A DNA stretch of 64,000 bases. Origin: Caldilinea sp. Its GTDB lineage: Bacteria > Chloroflexota > Anaerolineae > Caldilineales > Caldilineaceae. The first letter of the stretch is position 1. Each line of letters begins with the position of its first letter. The notes below the pieces were generated by a model that was not told the DNA's origin, searched no databases, and saw only the letters and a program-made list of their open reading frames with translations. Of the stretch, positions 34,500 through 44,664 are shown in pieces. Location of the stretch: contig JBDHWM010000005.1 in the NCBI GenBank assembly GCA_039810225.1, positions 519 to 64,518 on the forward strand. Reading direction: 5' to 3'. Made by a program: the position numbers and the translations under genes.

Positions 34500-35060
34500 T
34501 CAATCGCCGGGCGGTCGCAACTCGTACTCGGCTTCGAGGATACCCGGGCTTTCGCGCTGCTCGTAGCGCTTGGTGCCGACTTTTGCCAACAGACGCTTGA
34601 TGCCAGCATTGTCCTTCCAGTAGAAGGCACGCCAACGCCGCACGCCGGTATGCCAGGCCCAGCCCGCCAGGGCAGCCAACAACGCTTCACCCACGCCGCG
34701 GCGGTGCCACTGGTCTCTGACGATGACGGCGATCTCGGCCACGCTCGGATCGGCTCTATCGCGCACGGAGCGCGCAACGGCGATCTTGTCGACTTCGTCG
34801 CCCGCGTCATCGAGTACGGCGACCACCAGGGCCAGGTGATCGCGGCCGTCAGCATGGATCAGGAAGTCGAGTTCATCGGCGGTGAGCCGGTCTTTGCGAG
34901 CAAGAAAGCGCTGGTTGCGCGAGGCCGGTGAAAGCTGATGAAAGGCGCGCTGCAACTCTGCCGCGCCGTCGGCACGGATGGGGCGAATCCGGATCGGCGT
35001 GCCGTCGGGCAGGGTCGTGAGGCACGAAACGTCGTGTTGTGCGTTCTCGTTGTCCGACAT
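34500..35060 (-). CDS. GNAT acetyltransferase (stand-alone Pat/acyl-CoA synthetase-type GNAT)
   Basis: LPDGTPIRIRPI, LSPASRNQRF, AEIAVIVRDQWHRRGVG. Confidence 0.8.
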   Translation of the reverse strand: MSDNENAQHDVSCLTTLPDGTPIRIRPIRADGAAELQRAFHQLSPASRNQRFLARKDRLTADELDFLIHADGRDHLALVVAVLDDAGDEVDKIAVARSVRDRADPSVAEIAVIVRDQWHRRGVGEALLAALAGWAWHTGVRRWRAFYWKDNAGIKRLLAKVGTKRYEQRESPGILEAEYELRPPGD

Positions 35061-35302
35061 TTTGCCACTGTAGCAGAGAAGGTGTCGCGGTGCCAAGCGA
35101 GGGCCCGCGTTGGAGGCTGCCGGGACGAGATGGCTTGCCGGCACGTGTCGATACTGTCAGCACTGTCAGCTCGCTGCGGCCAACGCGAGCGGAGGTGCGC
35201 CGCCCTGGGGGTTTACGCACCTCCGCCCATGATTGATGACTGACAAGATGATCGAGAACGTTGCCGTGCTGACGGCTGCCCGCTCCACACGGCTTCACTG
35301 CA

Positions 35303-37474
35303 TCACGGATAGTGTGCCTTCAGATCATCAAAATAGATCGTACCCGCGGCAGCTTTGTCCGTGGGATAGTCGAGCACCAGCGCATTCAACGACACAGGGA
35401 AGGTGAGCGTGCTCGCGCTGCCGCCGATGGGCTGCACGGGCCAATCGAGTGTCGGGTCGAGGGGCGCGGTCATCTGCTTCCAACCTGTGTGCGTAATCGG
35501 CCCGAACGAGAACTGCCAGACCTGGGCCGCGGCATCCTTCACCCACACGTTGAGGAACGCGCCGGAACCATCGCCGTAGACCTGCATTTCCAGGCGATCC
35601 GGTTCCCCTGCAATCGGGATGGTGCGCAGGAAGACGACATAGTTGCGGTCGCCGGGAATGTTGGCGGGAAAATCGTAGGTGAGTTTGCCGGCATAGGATC
35701 CAGCGTAGACCTCTGCGCCGCTCTGGCTGAACTCTCCCCACGTCTCGTCGCCGCGCCGCCACGTGCCAAAGTTCTCGAAGTCGGTCACCAGCGCCACGCC
35801 GGCGCGCGGCGCGGCGGGTGTGGCTGCGGCCTGCGCAGCCGCACGCGTCGGCTCGGCTGCGGCGGGTGTTGCTCCACTGCTCGTTGGTCCGCAGGGGCCG
35901 GTGAGCGTGACGTAGCCGGTGCTGACCCACCCTTCGGTCGTCGGCGTCACGACCTTGACCCACGTACACGCCGTATTGTAATCGGTCACGGGCAGGCGAT
36001 CATCCTTGCGCACCGTACCGACCTTGGCATACGTAGCGCCTGGGCCGCCGCGCACGTTGAGCGTTGCCGCGGTGACGATAGCTTCCAGGGCGGGTGTTTC
36101 CGCCGCTCCCTCGCTGGCGGGCTGTTTTTCGGAAGTGGCGGCGTCCTGGATATCGGCCGAAAAGTTGTCGAACACGACTTCGCTGTACTCGCCGTCCATG
36201 GCACTGACGGCCAGGCCAAAGTCGCCGGCAGCCAGCGCGTCATCGGTCCAGTCAATGAGCAGAATATCGTTGACCCAGAAGCGAATCTGCGTGCCGATAC
36301 AGGCGAGCGTGGCGTGATTGGTCTCGCCCACGCCCTGGCGGATCACGTCAGTGGCGACCGGTTCCTGGCGGCGCACGGACTCGCCATCGACAAAGACGTT
36401 GGCGCCGTAGTAGCCGTCTGCGCTAAAGCTGGCCGCGTAGTCGCTGCGCCCCGTGCGACGACAGAAGAGTGTGTGCCAGTTGTCGTCGGTGCCGTCCAGA
36501 AGCGTGGCGTCGACCCCAATTTCGACGTCGGCCGCAACGATACCAGGCGAAGTATCAGTCCGCACGGGCGCCGCCGTGAGGTTGCGGATGATGAGCACGC
36601 CATCTTCGATCCGCACGTCGCCCGTGTCGTCTTCGCCGAGCCGCCAGCCGCCACTTTCGTCGCCAAAGTCATCTTCAAACAACCCGCTGGTCGCCGCAGG
36701 CGCAACGGGCGTGGAGTCGTCGGACACCGCTGGGGTAGCGTCTGCCGCTGCAGCTTGCTCCGTGGGTGTGGCAGCGACGACCGGGGCGTAGACACGGAGC
36801 CGCGAGAATTCGGCAATAGACTCACTCTTGGAGGAGATATCCGCCGGCACGCCCAGGTAAAAGCCTATGAGCCCCGGCGCAACCAGCACGTCATCCGTCC
36901 ACATACAGACAAAGGCGCCATCGACAAACGCAACGATCTGCGTGCCAACGGCCTCGACACGCAGCGTGCGAGACTCGGTAAAGTTGCTGCGGCTGGGCGG
37001 CAGTTTGCACGCGCCCAGATCTTCGACTTCGGTCAGCCCTTCGGTGAGCCGGCCGAGCTCGATCGTCTTCATGGCGGGGCGAACGCCCACATGGTAGTAG
37101 TGCCAGTCCGTGTCTGCGCGTTGCAGCAGATCCGAGCCGCGGAAGGTCACACCGGCGCCCTCGACCTGGTCGCTGGCAAAACGCAGGTCGACCTCGATGA
37201 GCACATCGGCGGCGATGGGGACGGGATACTGGGCCGCAAGCTCGTTGTCGGCGGAGGCAGAAGAGAGCGTGGCGGCGCCATCGGCAACCGCCCACGTCAT
37301 CCATTCGCCGCCATAGCTTGCCAGCGCGCTGGCGGCAGCGTCATCGAAGTCGTCGGCCAGCAGCAGGTCGCCGTTGGGGCGAGGTTCGGGATCGGCCTGG
37401 GCAAGCACCGCGGGCGCGGTCACACCGACGGCGAGAATCGCGCAGAGAAGAGAGGCAAGCAGGAAACGCATCAT
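35303..37474 (-). CDS. Secreted protein with two LamG/DUF1080-like domains, an SH3b domain and a C-terminal CBM-like domain
   Basis: Signal peptide; LLADDF and LFEDDF domains; LNVRGGPG...EGWVS SH3b; VYGDGSG...TGWKQ. Confidence 0.7.
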   Translation of the reverse strand: MMRFLLASLLCAILAVGVTAPAVLAQADPEPRPNGDLLLADDFDDAAASALASYGGEWMTWAVADGAATLSSASADNELAAQYPVPIAADVLIEVDLRFASDQVEGAGVTFRGSDLLQRADTDWHYYHVGVRPAMKTIELGRLTEGLTEVEDLGACKLPPSRSNFTESRTLRVEAVGTQIVAFVDGAFVCMWTDDVLVAPGLIGFYLGVPADISSKSESIAEFSRLRVYAPVVAATPTEQAAAADATPAVSDDSTPVAPAATSGLFEDDFGDESGGWRLGEDDTGDVRIEDGVLIIRNLTAAPVRTDTSPGIVAADVEIGVDATLLDGTDDNWHTLFCRRTGRSDYAASFSADGYYGANVFVDGESVRRQEPVATDVIRQGVGETNHATLACIGTQIRFWVNDILLIDWTDDALAAGDFGLAVSAMDGEYSEVVFDNFSADIQDAATSEKQPASEGAAETPALEAIVTAATLNVRGGPGATYAKVGTVRKDDRLPVTDYNTACTWVKVVTPTTEGWVSTGYVTLTGPCGPTSSGATPAAAEPTRAAAQAAATPAAPRAGVALVTDFENFGTWRRGDETWGEFSQSGAEVYAGSYAGKLTYDFPANIPGDRNYVVFLRTIPIAGEPDRLEMQVYGDGSGAFLNVWVKDAAAQVWQFSFGPITHTGWKQMTAPLDPTLDWPVQPIGGSASTLTFPVSLNALVLDYPTDKAAAGTIYFDDLKAHYP

Positions 37475-37771
37475 GGGATTGCTCGCTTTCTGGGGCCACT
37501 GCCCCAATGCATGGCGGATGGGACGAAGACGCCGGCGCAATCCAATGGATGAGAGGGGAGTAGGATTCGGTCGAATAATCGCAAATCAGCGCGCAACAGT
37601 GCAGAGCAGGACCGGCGATCGTCAATCACTTTCCATGATACACCGCAGGCGGCTCTCGTTCACCGGCCAAATGACCAGGGACACGATGGCATCGAGGTGA
37701 ACGAGTGGGTGCTTTCGTTATCCCAATTGGGATATTTGGGAAATTGCGATGCGCCCTGCAAGCGCTCTTAC

Positions 37772-37800
37772 TTGGAGTGGGCTGGTGGCGGTGCTATACT
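37772..37800 (+). promoter_or_regulatory. Putative sigma70 promoter of the lepB operon
   Basis: TTGGAG-17 nt-TATACT with extended -10 TG. Confidence 0.5.
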
Positions 37801-37889
37801 ACCCTCTATTGCGCGGCAGGCGGCGTGCTGATTTCGACGTGCATCACAGTCAGGTAGCGATAGCTGGCACACCGCCAAATTTGAGGTAA

Positions 37890-38585
37890 ATGCGAACTTT
37901 CATGTCTGATTCGTCAAATTCTGCCGGGGAGCGCTTCACTCTCCAGCCCGACACGACCGGCGCCAATGACTCGCTGCGGCTGGAGCCGGCCGAGCCTGAT
38001 AGTAAGGCCGAGGTTGCCGACCAGCAACCATCCTACGGGTGGACCATGGTACGCGAACTGGTCGAGACAGTGGTCCTTTCGCTTGTCATCTTCCTGCTGA
38101 TCCGCCAGGTGGTGCAAAATTATCGCATCGAGAACCACTCGATGGAGCCGAACTTCTACGAGGGCCAGTTTGTCCTCGTCAACAAGCTCGCCTACCGGCT
38201 GGGGCAGCCAGACCGCGGCGACGTGCTTGTTTTTCACAACCCGCGTAACACGAACGAAGACTACATCAAGCGCATCATTGGCCTGCCAGGGGATACCGTC
38301 GAGATCAACAATCAAACCGTCTTTATCAACGGCGAAGCGGTGATCGAAGAGTTCACCCATTATCCGATCGCGCCAGGCGAATATAGCGGGCCGTTCGTGG
38401 TGGGTGACAATCAGCTCTTTGTAATGGGCGACAACCGGCCGAATTCAAGCGACAGCCGCGTCTTCGGCCCCATCGACCAGGATCTGGTGGTTGGTCAGGC
38501 ATGGCTGCGTATCTGGCCGCTCAACGAATTCGGCATCGTCCAGCACGTCGACCTGCCATTGGCGGGCGTGTCCGTATCCCAGTAG
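37890..38585 (+). CDS. lepB: Signal peptidase I
   Basis: HSMEPN catalytic Ser, YIKRIIGLPGD, MGDNRPNSSDSR. Confidence 0.95.
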   Translation: MRTFMSDSSNSAGERFTLQPDTTGANDSLRLEPAEPDSKAEVADQQPSYGWTMVRELVETVVLSLVIFLLIRQVVQNYRIENHSMEPNFYEGQFVLVNKLAYRLGQPDRGDVLVFHNPRNTNEDYIKRIIGLPGDTVEINNQTVFINGEAVIEEFTHYPIAPGEYSGPFVVGDNQLFVMGDNRPNSSDSRVFGPIDQDLVVGQAWLRIWPLNEFGIVQHVDLPLAGVSVSQ

Positions 38586-38609
38586 TTGCCTCGGCGGAGT
38601 TTATCAGCG

Positions 38610-39407
38610 ATGACAGACATCTCTTTGGAAGAAAAAATCCAGGCCGCGCTAGACCGCTTTGCGACCATGACACCCGTGACGGTGGTCCAACCGGCGGCGA
38701 TTGAGCCGTCTGCGCTGGCAGCCATGATCGACCACACACTGCTCAAGCCCGAAGCAGGCGAGGAGCAGGTGCGCCAGTTGGCTGCCGAGGCGGTGGAGTT
38801 CGGCTTCGCCAGTGTCTGCGTCAATCCGTTGTGGGTGTCGTTGTGCGCCGATCTCCTGGCCGGAACGCCGGTCAGCACTTGTTCGGTGATTGGCTTCCCA
38901 CTCGGCGCGACGCTGCCGGCGATCAAGGTCTACGAGGTCGAGCAGGTAGCCGCGCTGGGCGCCGACGAAGTCGATATGGTGCTCTCGATCGGCCGGCTGC
39001 GCGACGGCGACATGCGCTTCGTCTATCGCGACATTGCCGAGGTTGCCGAAGCCGCACACGAACACGACCTGCTTCTGAAGGTCATCTTCGAGACGGGGCT
39101 GCTCACAGACGAACAGAAGGTCGCCGCATGTGTCATCGCCCAGGAAGCGGGCGCTGACTTTGTGAAGACGGCAACGGGCTTTAGCGGCGGCGGTGCAACC
39201 GTGGCAGATGTTGCGCTCATGCGCGCTGTCGTGGGTCCGGCGATGGGTGTCAAGGCGGCCGGCGGCATCCGCACGGCGCACGATGCGCTGATGATGGTGG
39301 CGGCCGGCGCCAACCGTCTGGGCGCGAGCGCCGGTGTGACTATCATGCGCGAACTGCTGGACGGCAAGCGGCCGGGCGCAGCAGCCGCGCAAGGAGATAG
39401 CTATTGA
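38610..39407 (+). CDS. deoC: Deoxyribose-phosphate aldolase
   Basis: [45 protein letters not shown]. Confidence 0.95.
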   Translation: MTDISLEEKIQAALDRFATMTPVTVVQPAAIEPSALAAMIDHTLLKPEAGEEQVRQLAAEAVEFGFASVCVNPLWVSLCADLLAGTPVSTCSVIGFPLGATLPAIKVYEVEQVAALGADEVDMVLSIGRLRDGDMRFVYRDIAEVAEAAHEHDLLLKVIFETGLLTDEQKVAACVIAQEAGADFVKTATGFSGGGATVADVALMRAVVGPAMGVKAAGGIRTAHDALMMVAAGANRLGASAGVTIMRELLDGKRPGAAAAQGDSY

Positions 39408-39703
39408 TGTCCGATCGGGTTTCTGACTTTGCGCTGATCATTGGCCATGTGTGGCGTTGCACGACGTGCCGCGACGCGCTGCTGGAGAATCCGCAGTTTA
39501 TGTGGATCGGCTACAAATTGAGCGAGAGTCAGCGCGAATGCCTGATATCCATCGACGAAGAGGATTTTCGTACCATCCAGCATCTTGCCGAGATTACCGG
39601 ATTGACGGCACGCGAGATCGATGCAGCGATCGATCATCCGCGCGCCCGCTTGCGCCACCTGGGAAGCGTTAAGGGTGAAATGCGCCCGGGCCTCAGTTGG
39701 TGA
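39407..39703 (+). CDS. Small hypothetical protein, NHLP/Os1348-leader-like with CxxC
   Basis: Coupled to deoC through TGATG; [19 protein letters not shown]...GYKLSESQ. Confidence 0.6.
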   Translation: MSDRVSDFALIIGHVWRCTTCRDALLENPQFMWIGYKLSESQRECLISIDEEDFRTIQHLAEITGLTAREIDAAIDHPRARLRHLGSVKGEMRPGLSW

Positions 39704-39743
39704 ACGATCCTCTACAAACCATCACCTGCCACCCTGACCTAAA

Positions 39744-40457
<714 letters not shown>

Positions 40458-40513
40458 GCAGCCATCTGCCCTGAAGTCAGCAACCTGGAAGTTTTCGATC
40501 ACAGCTACTAAAT

Positions 40514-40527
40514 TTGACGGTTGTCAA
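40514..40527. promoter_or_regulatory. Perfect palindrome TTGAC-N4-GTCAA (FNR/CRP-family-like box)
   Basis: TTGAC-GGTT-GTCAA about 135 bp upstream of the first island gene. Confidence 0.4.
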
Positions 40528-40662
40528 GGCTCCCAATATTCGGTATTGTTGTATTGTTTTGAATGCGGCCTGAAGCTCGGCTCCCTCATTTTGGCCTGCC
40601 GATTCTATTACTCCACAGTCGTAATCCAAAACAGCGTTCGAACAGCATTCAAGGCAGCAGCA

Positions 40663-41346
40663 ATGATCCGCGTTCTCTACGTCGGCACCGACGACCTGGC
40701 CGATCGAATTGCCAATAGTGCGTCGACGGCTGAGCCGATTGAGGTGCTTACCGTCTCAACATGCCAACAAGCAAAACATATCCTTCAGCGCGAAGCTGTC
40801 GGCTTCCTGCTTCTTCAAGTCGAATACGATGACTGCAATCTTTGCTCCTATGTGCGTATCGCACCGGCCACGAGCGAACTGCCGATCATATGCCTTGGAG
40901 CAGACCAAGAGCAATCGACGGTTCTCTGGTATTTCCAGATGGGCACCGACGATTTCGTTTCCATACCGTTCGACACCGAGGAACTGATTGCACGGGTTTA
41001 TGCAGTGAATCATCGCGTGGTGCATGGTTCTGATCCGCAAACTGTTATGCGCGTGGCCCATGGTCAAATTGATATCGACGTGAAGAAACAAGAGGTACGC
41101 GTTTCCGATGCAGTCGTGACCCTGACCCGACTTGAGTATCTGGTCCTCTATCACCTTGCCAGAATAGCCGGCCGGCCACTGAGTTTGGACGAGTTTCTTG
41201 TGAAAATCTGGGGCTATCATCCCCAGACAGGTGACCCCTCTCTGGTGCGAGCTCAGGTCCGGAATCTCCGCCGTAAGCTGGAAAGACATGGCGGCAGAGA
41301 TTGGATCGAAACTGTTCCAGGCATCGGTTATCAGGTTGTAGCCTGA
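40663..41346 (+). CDS. OmpR-family response regulator with atypical (pseudo) receiver
   Basis: LTRLEYLVL, IWGY, VRAQVRNLRRKL, IETVPGIGY winged helix; receiver has LLLQV and FVSIPF in place of the conserved D and K. Confidence 0.85.
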   Translation: MIRVLYVGTDDLADRIANSASTAEPIEVLTVSTCQQAKHILQREAVGFLLLQVEYDDCNLCSYVRIAPATSELPIICLGADQEQSTVLWYFQMGTDDFVSIPFDTEELIARVYAVNHRVVHGSDPQTVMRVAHGQIDIDVKKQEVRVSDAVVTLTRLEYLVLYHLARIAGRPLSLDEFLVKIWGYHPQTGDPSLVRAQVRNLRRKLERHGGRDWIETVPGIGYQVVA

Positions 41347-41460
41347 CTGCAGGCCCGACAACCGCGATTTTTCCGGACCAAGTCCCCCCTTGACGAATAG
41401 GTGAGTTACTTGCTGCGCTGAGCTTCACTCGGGGAAGATCCTCGATGTGCGGAGGGACAG

Positions 41461-42921
41461 ATGGGCAGTACGTTTTCGACGGCAGAATATGAACTGTTTT
41501 TCAGAGGGCTTTTCAGCAATACTCGCGCGTCCGTTCTGATCATCGACCGTCGCCTGCACGTTACCGCCGCAAATCGCAATTTTCTGCAGAAAAGTCGTCG
41601 TTCGGAGGAGGAGACATTGGGAGCGCGGCTGGAAGACGTACTCCCACCGGTTCTTCTCAACTTTATTGGCCTGGTAGATAAAGTGCGCGCTGCGCTCAGG
41701 GACGGATCCTTTTTTGCAGATGGGCAGATGACCTATCGAGCACCTGGCCTGCCGATGCGCACCTACTACTATCTGTTAACCCCCTTGACCGATGCGGACA
41801 GGTCAGTTCCCTACGTCCTGCTGCTGATGTATGATGTCACTGAGGAGCAGCGCCTCTCTGGCGAAGTGTTGCTTGCCGAACGCCACCTGGCCAGCGTTGT
41901 CCAGGCTGCCAGTGACCTGGTGGTCTCAATTGACCCAGAAGAACGCATCATCAGTTGGAATCCGGCCGCCGAATCGATCTCCAGGTATTCGTTTCAGGAC
42001 GTCTTCCATAAGTCTTTCCACAGCCTGTTCAGCACGGAGAGCCAGACCTCTGTGAAAGAAGCAGTTGCGCGCTTGACCAAAGGCGGCCATCCCGAGAATC
42101 TCGAGGCCGATCTGATTACCCGCGATGGCCGGCGCTTGCCAGTTGCGTGGGCGCTTTCCGGCATGCAATCTGCCTCCGACCTTGGGACTGCGGTCGTTGG
42201 CGTCGGTAGGGACTTGACGCTGCGACGTCAGTTGGAAGCCCAGATTCTCCAGTCGGCAAAGATGGCTTCGCTCGGTGTGATGGCGGGAGGCATCGCACAT
42301 GAGATCCGTAACCCGCTCGGTATTTGTTCTGCGGCCGCCCAACTCATGATGGAGTTTCCAGAGGATACATCGCTTCAGTTGCAATGTGCGACGCGCATAT
42401 ACGATAATATCCATCGCGCAGCGCTTGTAATCGACAATTTGCTGAAGTTTTCACGTCCTCCGGAAGAACAATATGTGGCCACCGACCTCAACCTGATCGT
42501 CGAACAGGCATTGGCGCTTGTGGCCAACGAGGCGCGTAATCAGCGAATTCGGATCGACTTTGAAGCGGATGCCGGGTTGCACCCGATCACGGCGAACGGA
42601 AACCTTCTTCAACAGGTATTCACCAACCTGATTCTCAACGCATTCAACGCAATGAGTGACGGTGGCAGACTTCTGGTGCAGGTTTTGCACTGTGGCGATA
42701 TAGCTGAGGTGCGATTTCAGGATAACGGACGTGGTATCGAGGAAGCGAACCTGAGCCGGATCTTTGACCCGTTCTACACGACGATGCCTGTTGGACAGGG
42801 AACCGGGCTCGGCCTGCCGGTCAGCTACAGTATTATCCAGCAGCACGGTGGTCGAATTGTTGTGGAAAGCGAAGTCGGCAAGAGTAGCACGTTTACAGTG
42901 CAACTGCCGCTAGGCGCCTGA
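41461..42921 (+). CDS. Soluble PAS-PAS sensor histidine kinase
   Basis: Two PAS-like segments; AHEIRNPL H-box; NLILNA, DNGRGI, FDPFYTT, GTGLGL; no transmembrane segment. Confidence 0.92.
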   Translation: MGSTFSTAEYELFFRGLFSNTRASVLIIDRRLHVTAANRNFLQKSRRSEEETLGARLEDVLPPVLLNFIGLVDKVRAALRDGSFFADGQMTYRAPGLPMRTYYYLLTPLTDADRSVPYVLLLMYDVTEEQRLSGEVLLAERHLASVVQAASDLVVSIDPEERIISWNPAAESISRYSFQDVFHKSFHSLFSTESQTSVKEAVARLTKGGHPENLEADLITRDGRRLPVAWALSGMQSASDLGTAVVGVGRDLTLRRQLEAQILQSAKMASLGVMAGGIAHEIRNPLGICSAAAQLMMEFPEDTSLQLQCATRIYDNIHRAALVIDNLLKFSRPPEEQYVATDLNLIVEQALALVANEARNQRIRIDFEADAGLHPITANGNLLQQVFTNLILNAFNAMSDGGRLLVQVLHCGDIAEVRFQDNGRGIEEANLSRIFDPFYTTMPVGQGTGLGLPVSYSIIQQHGGRIVVESEVGKSSTFTVQLPLGA

Positions 42922-43307
42922 TGAGGAGCACAGTGGAGAAGCCCGATCGGATCATCATCATCGACGATGAAATCGATATGTGTTGGGTTCTGGAACGGCT
43001 GTTGAGCCGTCATGGATACATGGTCAACACAGCAGCGTCAGGAGAACTTGGCCTCGAGCTTGTTCGGACCTGTCCAGCAGCCGTAGCGATCGTAGATTGC
43101 AAGTTACCCGACATGGATGGGCTTGCAGTTGCTTCCGAGTGCCTTCGCATTGATCCGAACATCCGGATAGTTTTGATTTCGGGATTTCCATTTGCCGAGG
43201 AAAGTCTATTGCTGCAGCACATTGAACAGATGTCCGCTCATTTCTTGCCAAAGCCTTTCGACAATCATCGACTGGTTGAACTTGTGATCGAATTGACTGA
43301 ACATTGA
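42921..43307 (+). CDS. Single-domain response regulator (CheY-like)
   Basis: IIDDE, IVDCKLPDMDG, ISG, PKPF. Confidence 0.9.
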   Translation: MRSTVEKPDRIIIIDDEIDMCWVLERLLSRHGYMVNTAASGELGLELVRTCPAAVAIVDCKLPDMDGLAVASECLRIDPNIRIVLISGFPFAEESLLLQHIEQMSAHFLPKPFDNHRLVELVIELTEH

Positions 43308-43428
43308 ACAAGCGCGCTTGCACTGACCAACTTTCTGGCGTGATGTAGGCACCAGAAAACGTAGATACCGTATGCTGTACCGATTGAGTTGATCGGCTAT
43401 GCATACGTGGAGCAGTTCAGAGGCAGTA

Positions 43429-44112
43429 ATGAAGGCCAGAATCCACCTTGTCGACGATGAAGTTGTATTACTCTGGGTAGTTGAGCAGTTTCTTACCCTG
43501 CACGGCTATGAAGTTACGACAAGTCACGATCCGCGGCAGGCGTTGGTGGCTCTCGAACGGGACACCCCCGATCTTGTGCTGCTTGACGTGCTGATGCCAA
43601 ACTTAAACGGTTTCAAGCTATTCGGGATGATGCGCCAGATCCCAGCGCTGATGAATGTCCCCGTTATCTTTCTGACCGCTATGAGTGATTTGCCCACGCG
43701 CCTTGCAGGGTTTCGACTTGGGGCAGACGACTATATCATCAAACCATTTGAAGTGGTCGAACTGGAGGCGCGTATCAGTGCCGTCCTGCGCCGCACATGC
43801 AAGCCCACTAAGCTCGGCCAGCCATATTTGGATGCGAACCTCAATATCCTTATCTACGAAGGCAAAGAAATCGCACTCACGACCAGCGAAGCTGCAATCA
43901 TGGATCATTTGCTGGAGCACGTAAACGAACTTGTGCCCACCGAGGAATTGCTGTATGGGCCGCTTGGCTATGCGGACGGCACCGGAAACCTATCCACGGT
44001 GCGCTATCACATCTCGCGTCTGCGTGCGAAGCTGCGCAAAGGCTCCTTTAGCGGCGTTCAACTCCGAACGATTGGCCATTCAGGCTATACGCTGGTACTG
44101 ACGATTTCCTGA
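43429..44112 (+). CDS. OmpR-family response regulator
   Basis: LVDDE, LLDVLMP, FLTA, GADDYIIKPF, HISRLRAKL. Confidence 0.9.
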   Translation: MKARIHLVDDEVVLLWVVEQFLTLHGYEVTTSHDPRQALVALERDTPDLVLLDVLMPNLNGFKLFGMMRQIPALMNVPVIFLTAMSDLPTRLAGFRLGADDYIIKPFEVVELEARISAVLRRTCKPTKLGQPYLDANLNILIYEGKEIALTTSEAAIMDHLLEHVNELVPTEELLYGPLGYADGTGNLSTVRYHISRLRAKLRKGSFSGVQLRTIGHSGYTLVLTIS

Positions 44113-44397
44113 ACTCCAAATTCCACAATTTACTAAGCTCTCCGGCTAGCGATCCGCCACCTCCCCCGGAAATCGGTCAATACTCCATCGCGCTCCGCCG
44201 CTTTCTCCCAGAAGCTCCGACAATTGACAGAGAAACCTTACAGAACCGTTTGCGCAATTTTATATACGCCACACGCTTCCTTCATCGTACTGACACGCCG
44301 CACATGCTAAGCTAAGTACCAGTAACCGGCGCTCTCCCGACGCAAAACAATCATCAAACTCAGTTTCAGTCATTTCGCCAACCAAGGAGGTGAGATT

Positions 44398-44613
44398 ATG
44401 GCAGTCGAAAAAGCGATCGGTTCCACCAGTCTTGCTGAAGTCATTGACCGCATTCTGGACAAGGGCATCGTCGTGGACGCCTGGGTGCGTGTAAGTCTCG
44501 TGGGTATCGAGATCCTCGCATTGGAAGCCCGCGCCGTTGTCGCTTCGGTGGAGACCTACCTCAAGTATGCCGAGGCCATCGGCCTCACAGCGACGGCAGC
44601 AGCACCAGCATAG
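44398..44613 (+). CDS. gvpA: Gas vesicle structural protein GvpA (copy 1)
   Basis: [52 protein letters not shown]; RBS AAGGAGGT. Confidence 0.97.
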   Translation: MAVEKAIGSTSLAEVIDRILDKGIVVDAWVRVSLVGIEILALEARAVVASVETYLKYAEAIGLTATAAAPA

Positions 44614-44664
44614 CTCAGCCCATGCATGTCAGAGATGGTGCACCTCGAAAGGAGGTGAATACGG

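Noticed and set aside
44224-44250. OmpR-type direct repeats upstream of gvpA (TGACAGA / TTACAGA)
   Set aside because: The 13-nt spacing and short match are too weak to call.
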